Assembly: GCA_965216495.1 (NCBI GenBank)
Contig: OZ244163.1
Coordinates: 1,323,361 to 1,387,360 of the forward strand
Reading direction: 5' to 3'
DNA from: Acidimicrobiia bacterium
GTDB lineage: Bacteria > Actinomycetota > Acidimicrobiia > Spongiisociales > ZC4RG35
Length of the DNA: 64,000 nucleotides
Shown here: positions 1-9,338 of the stretch, piece by piece
Layout of the letters: the number at the start of each line of letters is the position of its first letter
Numbering within the stretch: the stretch's first letter is position 1
The notes under the pieces: generated by a model
The model's input: only the letters and a program-made list of their open reading frames with translations
What the model was told of the DNA's origin: nothing
Databases searched by the model: none
Translations under genes and position numbers: made by a program

Positions 1-292
1 ATTCGTAGGTGCCAATGTGGAGAACGCTTCCTTTCCGGTCTCAACCTGCGCCGAGGCCAATGCGGTTAATACTGCAGTGGCGGCCGGTTCCCGATCGCTG
101 TCGACTGTCGCTGTGGCCTGCATCGACGCCGAAGAAGTCGACGGTGCCTATCCATGTGGCCGGTGCCGGCAGATAATGCGTGAGTTCGGAGTCAGTGAGG
201 TTGTCGTGACAGCAGGTGAAGGGTCTGAGATTCGCCGCCACTCACTTGAGGAGTTGCTGCCTTATTCATTCGGTCCGGAGGCGCTTGCCTAG
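1..292 (+). CDS. cdd: cytidine deaminase, 5'-truncated at window edge
   Basis: ORF open to position 1; translation carries zinc-ligand motifs CAE..(N-side) and PCGRCRQ typical of homotetrameric cytidine deaminases. Confidence 0.8.
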   Translation, partial: FVGANVENASFPVSTCAEANAVNTAVAAGSRSLSTVAVACIDAEEVDGAYPCGRCRQIMREFGVSEVVVTAGEGSEIRRHSLEELLPYSFGPEALA

Positions 293-708
293 GAGAGATT
301 CCAGGTCGCCCGGTCTTCGCGGCGCACTACGAATCTAAGACCCGACCACGTGTCGTCAATGGCGCAGACCTTGTTGTCGACCATCCCTGTGGGAAGGAAC
401 ATCTCGCGCAGGCGGTCCTCTGTTATGTCGGTCTTGACTTTCGAACTCTTCTTCGGCCAGGCCACCCATATCGCGCCGGCTGGAGGCAGGTAGGCCATGG
501 CCTTGGTGAAGGCGAGGTTGAGACGGTGTGCGGATGTCTCGAAGATCAGGAAGAGGTCGGACTTTCGGGTCCGGAGTGAAATGTTGACTCCCTCGGGCAT
601 TTCGTCAGGCGGCAGGGCCCAACCTTCTGGGGCGCGGAGCACCGATATCTTCGAATCTGGCTTGATTCCTAGTTTGCGGGGCAGGGGTGTACCCGAATAT
701 CCGGCCAT
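289..708 (-). CDS. DUF3052 family protein (conserved actinobacterial hypothetical)
   Basis: 139 aa starting MAGYSGTPLPRKLGIKP, matching my recollection of DUF3052 N-termini; 4-nt overlap with cdd stop. Confidence 0.55.
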   Translation of the reverse strand: MAGYSGTPLPRKLGIKPDSKISVLRAPEGWALPPDEMPEGVNISLRTRKSDLFLIFETSAHRLNLAFTKAMAYLPPAGAIWVAWPKKSSKVKTDITEDRLREMFLPTGMVDNKVCAIDDTWSGLRFVVRREDRATWNLS

Positions 709-759
709 GGCTCAGATTATGCCGGGAATCACGGTCGCATCCGGGTTGTTGGCCGTCAC

Positions 760-1263
760 ATGGACACAACCCAGCTTCACGAGCACCGCCAGGCCAAAGA
801 CGAGGTCTTCCGGTCCGATCACCACTCTCCCGTGGCCCACCGCAGTGACTTTGCTGGTCTGAACTACTTCGCTCCCAACAGTGATCTGGTCTTCAACGTG
901 AAAGTTGAGCCGGCCGACGGATCCGAGATTCGCATACCGACCTCAGATGAGCGAGAGAAGGTCTACGTCCGAGCGGGAAGAGTCAAGTTGGACGTAGGTG
1001 GGGCCGCAGAGGAGTTGACGCTTTTCGACACCGGGCATCCTGGCCTCTTCCTTCCGTTTCGCGATGCCACGTCGGGCGAGACGACTTATGGGGCCGGGCG
1101 ATACCTCGACCTGGACCTCAATTCGGATGGAACGGTCGACATCGACTTCAACTATGCGTACAACCCGATGTGTGTTTACTCGGACGGTTACTCGTGTCCG
1201 ATTCCCCCAGTCGAGAACTGGATGAAGGTACCGATCGAGGCGGGGGAGAAGAACTATCCCTGA
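760..1263 (+). CDS. DUF1684 domain-containing protein
   Basis: 167 aa; C-terminal FNYAYNPMCVY..YSCPIPPVEN motif characteristic of DUF1684. Confidence 0.6.
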   Translation: MDTTQLHEHRQAKDEVFRSDHHSPVAHRSDFAGLNYFAPNSDLVFNVKVEPADGSEIRIPTSDEREKVYVRAGRVKLDVGGAAEELTLFDTGHPGLFLPFRDATSGETTYGAGRYLDLDLNSDGTVDIDFNYAYNPMCVYSDGYSCPIPPVENWMKVPIEAGEKNYP

Positions 1264-1278
1264 CCCCTGCGTGATCTG

Positions 1279-1390
1279 TTGTGCAGTCATGTGCCCCTGA
1301 GGCACGAAATTGCACAATCATCCGTTGTGCGAGGAGTCCAATAGATCGTTGTGCAGATCCGTACCTGAGAGGCACGAATTTGCACAACGG
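1279..1390. repeat. two tandem 39-bp imperfect palindromic modules (TTGTGCAG-N23-TTGCACAA) 70 bp apart, plus a third half-site
   Basis: 1279-1317 ttgtgcag..cctgaggcacgaaattgcacaa; 1349-1387 ttgtgcag..cctgagaggcacgaatttgcacaa, with perfect 9-bp arms cgttgtgca/tgcacaacg at 1347-1389; extra ccgttgtgc at 1322-1330; lies in the convergent gap between the DUF1684 gene and the methyltransferase gene. Confidence 0.7.
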
Positions 1391-1404
1391 ATGGAGTGGC
1401 GGAG

Positions 1405-1977
1405 TCAGGCTGGTTTGCAGCCGGAGACAACCAAGTAGTCCTTGCGGCCAGCGCGCAAGGTTTCGACTGAAGTCTCCACGTAGCCCCGAGCCTCAAGCAG
1501 GAGACGGGTCTCCTCGGCGTCCGAGGCGTTCAGACCGTGCCCGGTCTTGTTGTTCTTGAGGCTCCGTTCAACGAGGTAGAGGCTCCCCCCGGGCTGGAGG
1601 ACGCGCATGGCTTCGTCGATGCCGGTCTCCGGATACGCCCAATGGTGATAGGCAGAGATGGACCACACCTTGGTGAAGGAGTCCTCGCCGAAGGGTAGGT
1701 GTTCAGCGGAGCCGTCGACCATTTCTGCTTCGGGAACTCTCTTGGCGGCCCGTTTGACCATGGCCGGACTCGGGTCGATTCCGGCAACAGACGCTCCTGC
1801 TTCGGCGGCGTGAGCCAACGCGGCCCCCGGTCCGCACCCGACGTCGAGAACCGAGTCGGTCTCGTCGACGCCGAGGTGTTTGACCAGGCTGCGGTTGGAG
1901 GCCGGATCGCGGTAAGCCCAGCTGTAAAGGCCGCTCGCCAGCGCCGACCAGCTCTCGATGGTGCCCTTCTTAGCGAT
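1405..1977 (-). CDS. class I SAM-dependent methyltransferase (UbiE/COQ5-like); start codon uncertain
   Basis: Motif I VLDVGCGPGAALAHAAEAG and the following region match class I MTases. Motif I lies upstream of the first canonical start (TTG 1818); the frame stays open to TGA at 1993-1995 with no ATG/GTG/TTG, and ATC at 1975-1977 is the candidate start. Confidence 0.65.
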   Translation of the reverse strand: MAKKGTIESWSALASGLYSWAYRDPASNRSLVKHLGVDETDSVLDVGCGPGAALAHAAEAGASVAGIDPSPAMVKRAAKRVPEAEMVDGSAEHLPFGEDSFTKVWSISAYHHWAYPETGIDEAMRVLQPGGSLYLVERSLKNNKTGHGLNASDAEETRLLLEARGYVETSVETLRAGRKDYLVVSGCKPA

Positions 1978-2917
1978 TCTCCAGCGCCTCGATCAGTTGA
2001 GGAAGCACCTTATGTACATCACCCACGATGCCAAGGTCGGCTATGGAGAAGATCGGTGCGTCCGGGTCCTTGTTGATGGCGATGATTGTTCCCGAATCTT
2101 TCATACCGACCAGGTGTTGCATCGCACCAGAGATCCCGGCTGCGATGTAGACATCTGGTTTAACGGTCTTGCCAGTCTGGCCCACTTGTTTGGCGTAAGG
2201 CACCCACCCTGAGTCAACAATGGCCCTGGTGGCGCCAGTGGCGGCACCCAACTGTTTGGCAACAGCTTCGATCATCTCGAACCCTTCGGCGGAACCCAGG
2301 CCTCTCCCGCCTGCGACAACGATCGAGGCATCCCCGAGCTGTGGGCCCTCTCGCTCTTCAACGTGACTCGCAACGACCTTGGCCTCGGAGCGTCCAGCAT
2401 CGGGGAGATCCAGTGTCGACACGTCAGGTTCGGTGGCGCCGCCTTCGGTTGCTGCAAACGATTTCGGGCGCACCAGGACAATCGCAGGTGCTTGGCCCAT
2501 GGCGGCTGTTGCGATCTGCGATCCACCGAAGATCTCGTGGTCGGTCTCGACGCCGGAATCCGTGAGCCTGACGTCGCTGGCGTTCGCCAAGACACCGGTC
2601 CCCAGTCGTGCGGCCAGCCTTCCGGCGACGTCTCGGTCTGTGTACTTCTGGCTGAACATGATCAGATGTGGGGGATCGGCGTCGGCCAATGAGGCCAAAG
2701 CGTGGGCAAGGGGGGCGGCTGGTAGGCGATCACCAGGATCGGCGTGGAGAACCCTGGCAGCGCCATATGCGCCAAGAGTGGCGATCGCATCTCCACCACC
2801 CGAGCCGGAATAGATCGCGGTGACGTCTCCGAGTTCACGGGCCTTGGTCAGAAGCTCGAGTCCGGCTTCTGAAGGTGAGCTAGAGCTCTCTTCGATGAAT
2901 ACCCAAATGGAGGCCAC
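1970..2917 (-). CDS. etfA: electron transfer flavoprotein subunit alpha
   Basis: 315 aa; FAD-binding C-terminal domain (..[41 protein letters not shown]..) typical of EtfA; follows etfB. Confidence 0.9.
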   Translation of the reverse strand: MASIWVFIEESSSSPSEAGLELLTKARELGDVTAIYSGSGGGDAIATLGAYGAARVLHADPGDRLPAAPLAHALASLADADPPHLIMFSQKYTDRDVAGRLAARLGTGVLANASDVRLTDSGVETDHEIFGGSQIATAAMGQAPAIVLVRPKSFAATEGGATEPDVSTLDLPDAGRSEAKVVASHVEEREGPQLGDASIVVAGGRGLGSAEGFEMIEAVAKQLGAATGATRAIVDSGWVPYAKQVGQTGKTVKPDVYIAAGISGAMQHLVGMKDSGTIIAINKDPDAPIFSIADLGIVGDVHKVLPQLIEALENR

Positions 2918-3676
2918 TCAGATCACCTTCCTTTCTGAGAGAAGAGAAATGATCTCTGCGAACGCCTCGCCTTCATCTTCGATCTTCTTACCGGCAGCAC
3001 GCTCCGGCGCTGCCGCTATCGACGCAACTTCCTGGTCGGCTGTGGCCTCGACGCCGAGATCGGCGGCGGAGACACTCTCGACCGGCTTCTTCTTGGCGTC
3101 CATGATGCCCTTGAAGGTCGGGTAGCGAGGTTCCACGACTCCCGCGGTCACTGTCACGAGTGCTGGAGTTGCGGCGGATACGACGTCGTATCCGTCAAGG
3201 GTCTGGCGGTTGATCTGGACCTGGCCGTCAGCAGCGTCAACTTTCGTTGCATAGGAGAGTGCGGGAACGTCGAGCAGTTCGGCGATCATCTGAGGGACCA
3301 CGCCGGTGTAGCCGTCAGTTGACTCGGTTCCGGCGATGACCAGGTCGAACCCCTCCCTCTCGACAACCGCGGCGATGGCTTTGGAGGTGGTGAGGGCATC
3401 GGCGCCGCGCAGCGTGCCGTCATCGATGATCACGGCCTTGTCAGCTCCCATCGCAAGTGCCTGTCGAATTCCCTGGGCAGTGCCGGTCGGGCCCATGCTG
3501 ACCAACGTGACACTTCCTTCAGTCGCATCCGCAATCTGAAGCGCCATCTCGACACCGTATCTATCGGTGTCGTCGAGAACCTGTTCGTCCGGGCGCACCA
3601 GCCAGTTGGAGCCTTCCTCCAACTCGTACGGCGTCGCCGGGTCCGGTATCTGCTTGACGCAGACCACCACCTTCAT
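2918..3676 (-). CDS. etfB: electron transfer flavoprotein subunit beta
   Basis: 252 aa beginning MKVVVCVKQIPDP, the classic EtfB N-terminus; immediately upstream of etfA. Confidence 0.9.
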   Translation of the reverse strand: MKVVVCVKQIPDPATPYELEEGSNWLVRPDEQVLDDTDRYGVEMALQIADATEGSVTLVSMGPTGTAQGIRQALAMGADKAVIIDDGTLRGADALTTSKAIAAVVEREGFDLVIAGTESTDGYTGVVPQMIAELLDVPALSYATKVDAADGQVQINRQTLDGYDVVSAATPALVTVTAGVVEPRYPTFKGIMDAKKKPVESVSAADLGVEATADQEVASIAAAPERAAGKKIEDEGEAFAEIISLLSERKVI

Positions 3677-3745
3677 GTGTCCAACTCCTTGTGGGTTCTA
3701 AGCCAGGCGATGGTAACTGGTGGTGGTGTTATCCCGTTCTCGGGC

Positions 3746-5047
3746 TCATCCGTCCAGCCGATCGATTATCAGGGCCTCCATGGTGGGCTGCTCAAGGGAA
3801 ATCTCCCACGCCGATGCCAATCGGTCTTTCTGTGAATCCCATCGGCCTCGATCGCTGAAGCGGACCGTTGCGAGAGGTTCACCTGCGGTAACCGTCTCGC
3901 CAACCTTGGCCTCGAGGGTTACTGATACGCCGTGGTCGACAGTGTCGGTGATCTTCTCTCGTCCGGCTCCGAGACGGGTCGCTGCCAGTCCGATCGATAG
4001 AGCATCGCACTTGGTTACGAACCCTGACGCGGGGGCTTTGACTACGGCTTCATGCTCTGCGACCGGCAGTAGGGACGGGTCGTCGATTACAGCCGGATCC
4101 CCGCCATGGGACCGGGTCACTTGCTTGAACTTCTCCAGTGCGGCTCCAGTCGCAATTGCATCCTCCAGTCGGCCAGTGGGGGAGTCCAGACCCGCCATGC
4201 GAAGCATCTCCTCTCCGAGGGTCATCGTCAGTTCGGTAACGTCTTCAGGGCCGGTTCCGTTGAGAACATCAATCGACTCTCGGATCTCGTTGGCGTTGCC
4301 CACCTCGCGACCCAACGGCTGGTCCATCGACGTGAGCACCGCAACGGTGGCAACATCGTTGGCTTTACCGATGGACACCATGGTTCGCGCCAGGGTTCTT
4401 GCGTCCTCGATGTTCTTCATGAAGGCGCCTGAGCCGGTCTTCACATCGAGAACCAGTCCGTTGAGACCCTCGGACAGCTTCTTCGACATGATCGAACTCG
4501 AGATGAGGGGTATCGACGGCACCGTTCCGGAAGCGTCTCTGAGGGCGTAGAGCTTCCGGTCGGCGGGCACCATGGTCTTCGACTGCCCGGCCAGCACGAG
4601 ATTGTGCTCGGTCAGAATCGCACGGAAACGGTCCTTGTCTATCTGTGTGGTGAAGCCCGGTATCGATTCGAGTTTGTCCAACGTTCCCCCGGTGTGGCCC
4701 AGCCCTCGGCCCGACATCATCGGCACCGCGACGCCGCACGACGCCACCAGAGGCGCCAGGGGAATCGAGATCTTGTCTCCAACACCACCAGTTGAGTGTT
4801 TGTCGACTTTGGCCATGGGCAAGTCGGAGAAGTCGAGAACGTCACCTGAACGCAACATTGCCCGAGTCCACGCCGCAAGCTCTGCCGATGAAAGGCCTCT
4901 CCACACGATGGCCATCGCCATCGCGGCCATTTGGTAGTCGGGCACCTCGTCCGTCGCATAGGCTTGGATCAGCCACTGGATTGCTGGCTCGCTGAGCTCG
5001 CCACCATCTCGCTTGGTCTCGATCAGTTCAACAGCGGTGAAGGTCAT
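3746..5047 (-). CDS. deoA: thymidine / pyrimidine-nucleoside phosphorylase
   Basis: 433 aa; the MAKVDKHSTGGVGDK and GRGLGHTGGTLDKLESIPG motifs are diagnostic of this family. Confidence 0.9.
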   Translation of the reverse strand: MTFTAVELIETKRDGGELSEPAIQWLIQAYATDEVPDYQMAAMAMAIVWRGLSSAELAAWTRAMLRSGDVLDFSDLPMAKVDKHSTGGVGDKISIPLAPLVASCGVAVPMMSGRGLGHTGGTLDKLESIPGFTTQIDKDRFRAILTEHNLVLAGQSKTMVPADRKLYALRDASGTVPSIPLISSSIMSKKLSEGLNGLVLDVKTGSGAFMKNIEDARTLARTMVSIGKANDVATVAVLTSMDQPLGREVGNANEIRESIDVLNGTGPEDVTELTMTLGEEMLRMAGLDSPTGRLEDAIATGAALEKFKQVTRSHGGDPAVIDDPSLLPVAEHEAVVKAPASGFVTKCDALSIGLAATRLGAGREKITDTVDHGVSVTLEAKVGETVTAGEPLATVRFSDRGRWDSQKDRLASAWEISLEQPTMEALIIDRLDG

Positions 5048-5082
5048 GGGATCAAGCTAATAGCCAACTGCCTCAGGCTCGG

Positions 5083-5712
5083 TCAGTCAACCAGGTCGAA
5101 CCGGACGGTTATCGAGACCGAGAGCGTCTGCTGCCCGGGTTCGATTGGAGTCGACTTGGCGCTCCTCGCGAACTCCATAGCCACCGGTGCCGGAGCATGG
5201 CTCTGGTTTGTTTCGGTGATCGATAGGACCTGGCCGAGCTGCCTGCCTCCGAGTTGAGCTAGCTGCGTCGCCTTGCTTTGAGCGTCTTGCCACGCGTGTT
5301 GGCGGGCCTCGGCCAGGGCTGTCGCGGGGTCTTCGATTTCGAACCTGAGTCCGTCGACAGTCAACTCATCGCCAGCCGTACTGACTGCCTCATCGATCAC
5401 TGCGCCCGCACTCTCGATCTCTCGAATGCGAACCTGAATGTGGTTGTTCACTCTGAACCCCACAAATCTGCGTTCACGATCGCTGTACTCGTATTCGGCG
5501 TGGATGTCGTAGTTTCGGGTTGCGATATCGGGGCGATCGACACCGGTGCGCTCTAACGATTCGATGAGGCTGCTCGCTTGCTCTGCTGCCCTTGCCGTAG
5601 CCGCGACTATGGACTGGTCGAGGACCGTTACGCCGCAGTCGAGGATCAAGAAGTCGGGTGTTGAGGTGGTCGAGCCGGTTCCATTGACCACGATCTCGTG
5701 TTTCTTTGTCAT
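5083..5712 (-). CDS. SIMPL domain (DUF541) protein
   Basis: 209 aa; N-terminal IVVNGTGSTTSTPDFLILDCGVTV pattern typical of SIMPL / 26-kDa periplasmic immunogenic protein family; no obvious signal peptide. Confidence 0.55.
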   Translation of the reverse strand: MTKKHEIVVNGTGSTTSTPDFLILDCGVTVLDQSIVAATARAAEQASSLIESLERTGVDRPDIATRNYDIHAEYEYSDRERRFVGFRVNNHIQVRIREIESAGAVIDEAVSTAGDELTVDGLRFEIEDPATALAEARQHAWQDAQSKATQLAQLGGRQLGQVLSITETNQSHAPAPVAMEFARSAKSTPIEPGQQTLSVSITVRFDLVD

Positions 5713-5978
5713 GACACCATCTTTACTCGATTGCCAACGACAGTCACTCCTTCGTCGTTCAACAGTCGTGCCTGGCGGCTTGGGTCAGGGGAGCGGAGGT
5801 GGCCTCCGGCACCTACGACCCGCCACCACGGCAGACCCTCCGAGGTTCGGAGCAGGCCTCCGACAGCTCGGGCTGCCCCTGGGAACCCGGCCTCAGCCGC
5901 CACCTCTCCGTAGCTAACGACTTCGCCAGGTTCCAGGCGAGAGATGACTGACGTAACCGCCTCCTCGAATTCGGTCAC
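5709..5978 (-). CDS. alkyltransferase-like (ATL) protein: MGMT-family DNA-binding domain without the catalytic cysteine
   Basis: C-terminal MGMT domain VVSYGEVAAEAGFPGAARAVGGLL..GLPWWRVVGAGG carries PWWRV in place of PCHRV, the ATL hallmark. Proposed GTG start 5976-5978 overlaps the upp stop as GTGA; the track's longer ORF (to 6182) is an Arg-rich extension lying inside upp. Confidence 0.6.
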   Translation of the reverse strand: MTEFEEAVTSVISRLEPGEVVSYGEVAAEAGFPGAARAVGGLLRTSEGLPWWRVVGAGGHLRSPDPSRQARLLNDEGVTVVGNRVKMVS

Positions 5979-6607
5979 AGCGTTCCGAAGAGGCGATCTC
6001 CCATGTCGCCGAGTCCTGGGGCGATGTAGAAGTTCGGGTTTAGCTCCCGATCCAATGAGGCAGCCACGACCCGCACGTCTGGATGTCGATTCTCGATGAC
6101 CTCTACCCCTTCCGGGGCGGCCACGACGCAAACACACACGATGTCCTGCGCGCCGTTCTCTTTGACCTTGTCGATCGCCCAAGAGAGGGATCCACCGGTA
6201 GCCAGCATCGGTTCCAGAATCAGGACCCGGGCACGAGATAACTCCGGGAACCTCGTGTAGTACTCCATCGGTTCGGCCGTCTCTTCGTTTCGCTGGACTC
6301 CGGCAAAACCGATCGAGGCATCCGGCACCAACGTCAGCACCGATGGCAGAAGCCCTAAGCCGGCACGCAAGACTGCGACTGCCACTACGGGCCTTCTCAT
6401 CTGTTGGCCAGTCATGGGCTCAAGAGGGGTCACAATTTCCGACGGCTCGAGAGGCATATCTCCGAGGGCTTCGGCGACAAGCAGATAACCCAGCCTTTCA
6501 GCGATCTGGCGGAACTTCGGTGGTGGCGTCTCTTGATCCCGGAGGATTGTCAGGAGGTCGGTGGCCAACGGGTGGTCGAGGATCGTGATCGCCATGGGCC
6601 TGGACAA
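5975..6607 (-). CDS. upp: uracil phosphoribosyltransferase
   Basis: 210 aa MSRPMAITILDHPL..; PRPP-binding and uracil-binding motifs (..YIAPGLGDMGDRLFGT) conserved. Confidence 0.9.
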   Translation of the reverse strand: MSRPMAITILDHPLATDLLTILRDQETPPPKFRQIAERLGYLLVAEALGDMPLEPSEIVTPLEPMTGQQMRRPVVAVAVLRAGLGLLPSVLTLVPDASIGFAGVQRNEETAEPMEYYTRFPELSRARVLILEPMLATGGSLSWAIDKVKENGAQDIVCVCVVAAPEGVEVIENRHPDVRVVAASLDRELNPNFYIAPGLGDMGDRLFGTL

Positions 6608-6615
6608 TACGCCTT

Positions 6616-9324
6616 CTACCCGGTGTTGCGCATTCCTGCAGCGATGCCGTTGACGCTCAATAGCATGGCTCTTTGGAGCTCGGGTGACGTCTGGCCCGCT
6701 CGACTCCTCGATAGCAGCGAGACTTGTAGGTAATTGATGGGATCGAGGTAGACGTCGCGAACCTCCAACGTGCGTCTAAGGAGCGGTGCGTCGCTCAGTA
6801 GCTCGGTCGTTCCGCGAACGCTCAGCACCTCGCGGACCGATTGGTCGAACTCGGCTCTCAGTGTTTCGAGAAGATGGCGATGAGCAGGTTCGACGAGCTC
6901 GGTCACGTAACTCTCGGCAATGTCGAGGTCGGTTTTGGAGAGAGTCATCTCGACATTGGATAGGAAGGTGGCCAGGAAGCTCCACTCTTTGGCCATTTCG
7001 GAAAGAACCGATCCGTAGCCCGCCTCAACCGCAAAACGTAGCCCGGAGCCAACGCCGAACCAGCCGGGCACGATCTGTCTGGTCTGAGTCCATCCGAAGA
7101 CCCAGGGGATGGCCCTCAAGTCATCGACACTGCCATCGCCTCCGGGTCGACGGGATGGGCGGCTTCCGATGTTCATGGCGCCGAGTTCTTCGACGGGCGT
7201 AGAGCTGAGGAAGTACGGAACGAGACTGGGATCTTCCACTAGGCGGCGGTAGGCCTGGTATGCGCCTGCGGCAAAGGATTCCATGGCCTCGGTCCACCAT
7301 CTCAGTTTCTCCCTCGGCCGCTTGGATTCCCTGTTGAGCAGAGAACTTTCGAGAACCGAGGCAACCAGCAACTCGAGGTTTCGAGCGGCGATTTCCCGGT
7401 TGCCGTACTTCTCAGCAATTACTTCTCCCTGCTCCGTGATCTTGATTTCGCCATCGACTGTGCCGTACGGCTGGGCGAGGATGGCTGCGTGGGTTGGTCC
7501 TCCGCCCCTTCCGATGGTCCCACCCCGACCATGAAACAGACGAAGTTTGACTCCATGCTCGTCTGCCACGTTCCGCATGACCCGCTGGGCCTTATAGATA
7601 GACCATTGCGACGCCGTGATCCCACCAACTTTGTTTGAGTCGGAGTAGCCGAGCATCACTTCCTGTGTGTCCCCTCGCAGCCGAACCAGCTTGCGGTAAG
7701 AAGGATCATGCAGAAGCCCATCGAGGAGGGTTCCGGCTTGTTCGAGGTCGTGGATGGTCTCCACTAACGGGACGAATCCAACATCCGCAATGCCTCGATT
7801 GAGATCTACTAGGCCGGCTTCGCGAGCCAGGACTGCGGCCTCGAGGACGTGAGTCGGAGTCTCCGTCATGGAGATGATGTAGCTCTCGATCACCCGCTTG
7901 CCATAGCGCTGGTGCGCCGCACGGATGGCCTTGAATGTGGTGAGTGTCTCTTCGTTTTCCGGTGTAAGCCGAGTGTTGGGGCCTGAGAGGGGCCTCATGC
8001 CGGACAGTTCATCCGACAGGGTGCGTAAGCGCTGGGCGCCGCCCATGGCCGCGGTATCGGCCCCCGCTGATTGGAACAGCTCGTCGACCGCGCTCGAGTG
8101 CTTGCCCGAATGCTGCCTGATGTCCATGATCGCCAGGCTGAAACCGAGCATCTGCGCCAGCCTTGTAACTCGCGCCACTGCCCCTTTTGCGATGAGGTCA
8201 CCGTTGGCTGACGCCAACGATTCTCCCATGAGTTCGAGCTCCTTGATCAGGTCGTCTGGACTGGCGTAGTCAACACCTGGTTGGTGTGGTGTCCCCGCTG
8301 ACAGTCTCGTCCTGGTGTTGTGAAGTCGTGTGTGGATGTAGGAGCACTTCAGTCGATAGGGGGCGTCGGCCGTCCTTTTCTGTTCGCGTCGCCAGGTGTT
8401 GGGCAGCAGTTGAGAGTCCTCATCGAGCGATGCCGTCAGTCGGTCCGACGGAGGCGCCAATCGCGCTGAGATGGAAAGAGTCTCTGCTAGTGACTCGATG
8501 AGCTCAATCAGGTACCAGATGCCACGATCGTGTTGAAGCTCGAGTGTGTCCAGCGTTGTCTGGGCGGTGACTCGGGGGTTGCCGTCCCGATCACCCCCGA
8601 CCCAGGAACCAATACGGATTGGGGTGAACGAAGACGACGCTCCGAGACGCCCCAACTGCATCGACATCAGCTCTGTCAGGTCTGGAAGCACTCCTTCAGC
8701 CAGAGCGACTATGTAATAGAGGGCCGATCGAGCTTCGTCGACCACCTCCGGCCGTTCGTAACGCAGTTCGTCTGTCTGCCAGATCTGGTCAATGAGTTCG
8801 GCAGTCCGGCGATCGATTAAGGCCACGCGGTCGTCTCCTGGCTGACCGAGCCGGGCTGAAATCAAGTCGGTGAGCCCCTGTCGCTTGGTGAGTATGCTTC
8901 GTCGAGCGGCCTCGGTTGGATGGGCCGTGAACACGGGCCGAATCTCGAGGCGATCCACGACGTCAGCCACGATGTCAGTGTCGATTCCGGACTCAAGAAC
9001 ACGGTCAACAGTTCGCCTGAGGTATCGCTCGTCGGGAGCGAGCTGATCCATCCGATGAACTTGTTCGGCGGTGTTGGCGAGATAGAAGTAGGTGGTAAAT
9101 GCACGCACCACGTCGATGACCGTCTCGGTTGGGAGTTGACCGAGGAGTTCACTCAGCTCGGTGTGGGCAGATTGTGAATCTTCACGTCGGTCCGACTTGC
9201 CGAGTGCGCGAACCTTCTCGACGAGTTCGAGTAGCTCAGGGCCTTCCTGGCGCACGAGTGTCTCGCCGAGTTGGGCGCCGAGACGTCGAATGTCGGCTCT
9301 TAGGAGATCGTCATCCCTGGTCAC
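6616..9324 (-). CDS. ppc: phosphoenolpyruvate carboxylase
   Basis: 902 aa; FHGRGGTIGRGGGP and VMLGYSDSNK motifs diagnostic of PEPC. Confidence 0.95.
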   Translation of the reverse strand: MTRDDDLLRADIRRLGAQLGETLVRQEGPELLELVEKVRALGKSDRREDSQSAHTELSELLGQLPTETVIDVVRAFTTYFYLANTAEQVHRMDQLAPDERYLRRTVDRVLESGIDTDIVADVVDRLEIRPVFTAHPTEAARRSILTKRQGLTDLISARLGQPGDDRVALIDRRTAELIDQIWQTDELRYERPEVVDEARSALYYIVALAEGVLPDLTELMSMQLGRLGASSSFTPIRIGSWVGGDRDGNPRVTAQTTLDTLELQHDRGIWYLIELIESLAETLSISARLAPPSDRLTASLDEDSQLLPNTWRREQKRTADAPYRLKCSYIHTRLHNTRTRLSAGTPHQPGVDYASPDDLIKELELMGESLASANGDLIAKGAVARVTRLAQMLGFSLAIMDIRQHSGKHSSAVDELFQSAGADTAAMGGAQRLRTLSDELSGMRPLSGPNTRLTPENEETLTTFKAIRAAHQRYGKRVIESYIISMTETPTHVLEAAVLAREAGLVDLNRGIADVGFVPLVETIHDLEQAGTLLDGLLHDPSYRKLVRLRGDTQEVMLGYSDSNKVGGITASQWSIYKAQRVMRNVADEHGVKLRLFHGRGGTIGRGGGPTHAAILAQPYGTVDGEIKITEQGEVIAEKYGNREIAARNLELLVASVLESSLLNRESKRPREKLRWWTEAMESFAAGAYQAYRRLVEDPSLVPYFLSSTPVEELGAMNIGSRPSRRPGGDGSVDDLRAIPWVFGWTQTRQIVPGWFGVGSGLRFAVEAGYGSVLSEMAKEWSFLATFLSNVEMTLSKTDLDIAESYVTELVEPAHRHLLETLRAEFDQSVREVLSVRGTTELLSDAPLLRRTLEVRDVYLDPINYLQVSLLSRSRAGQTSPELQRAMLLSVNGIAAGMRNTG

Positions 9325-9338
9325 AAGCAGAGACTAGG

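Noticed and set aside
3720-4550. 276-aa plus-strand ORF
   Set aside because: Antisense to the thymidine phosphorylase gene; Ser/Arg-rich high-GC shadow ORF.
5094-5110. TCGAAC..GGTTA LexA-like half-site near the SIMPL gene end
   Set aside because: The second half is GTTATC, not GTTCGA, and it lies inside coding sequence.
5709-6182. 157-aa version of the ATL ORF with Arg/Gly-rich N-terminus
   Set aside because: The extension overlaps upp. The GTG at 5976-5978 (GTGA overlap) yields a ~89-aa ATL of normal size.
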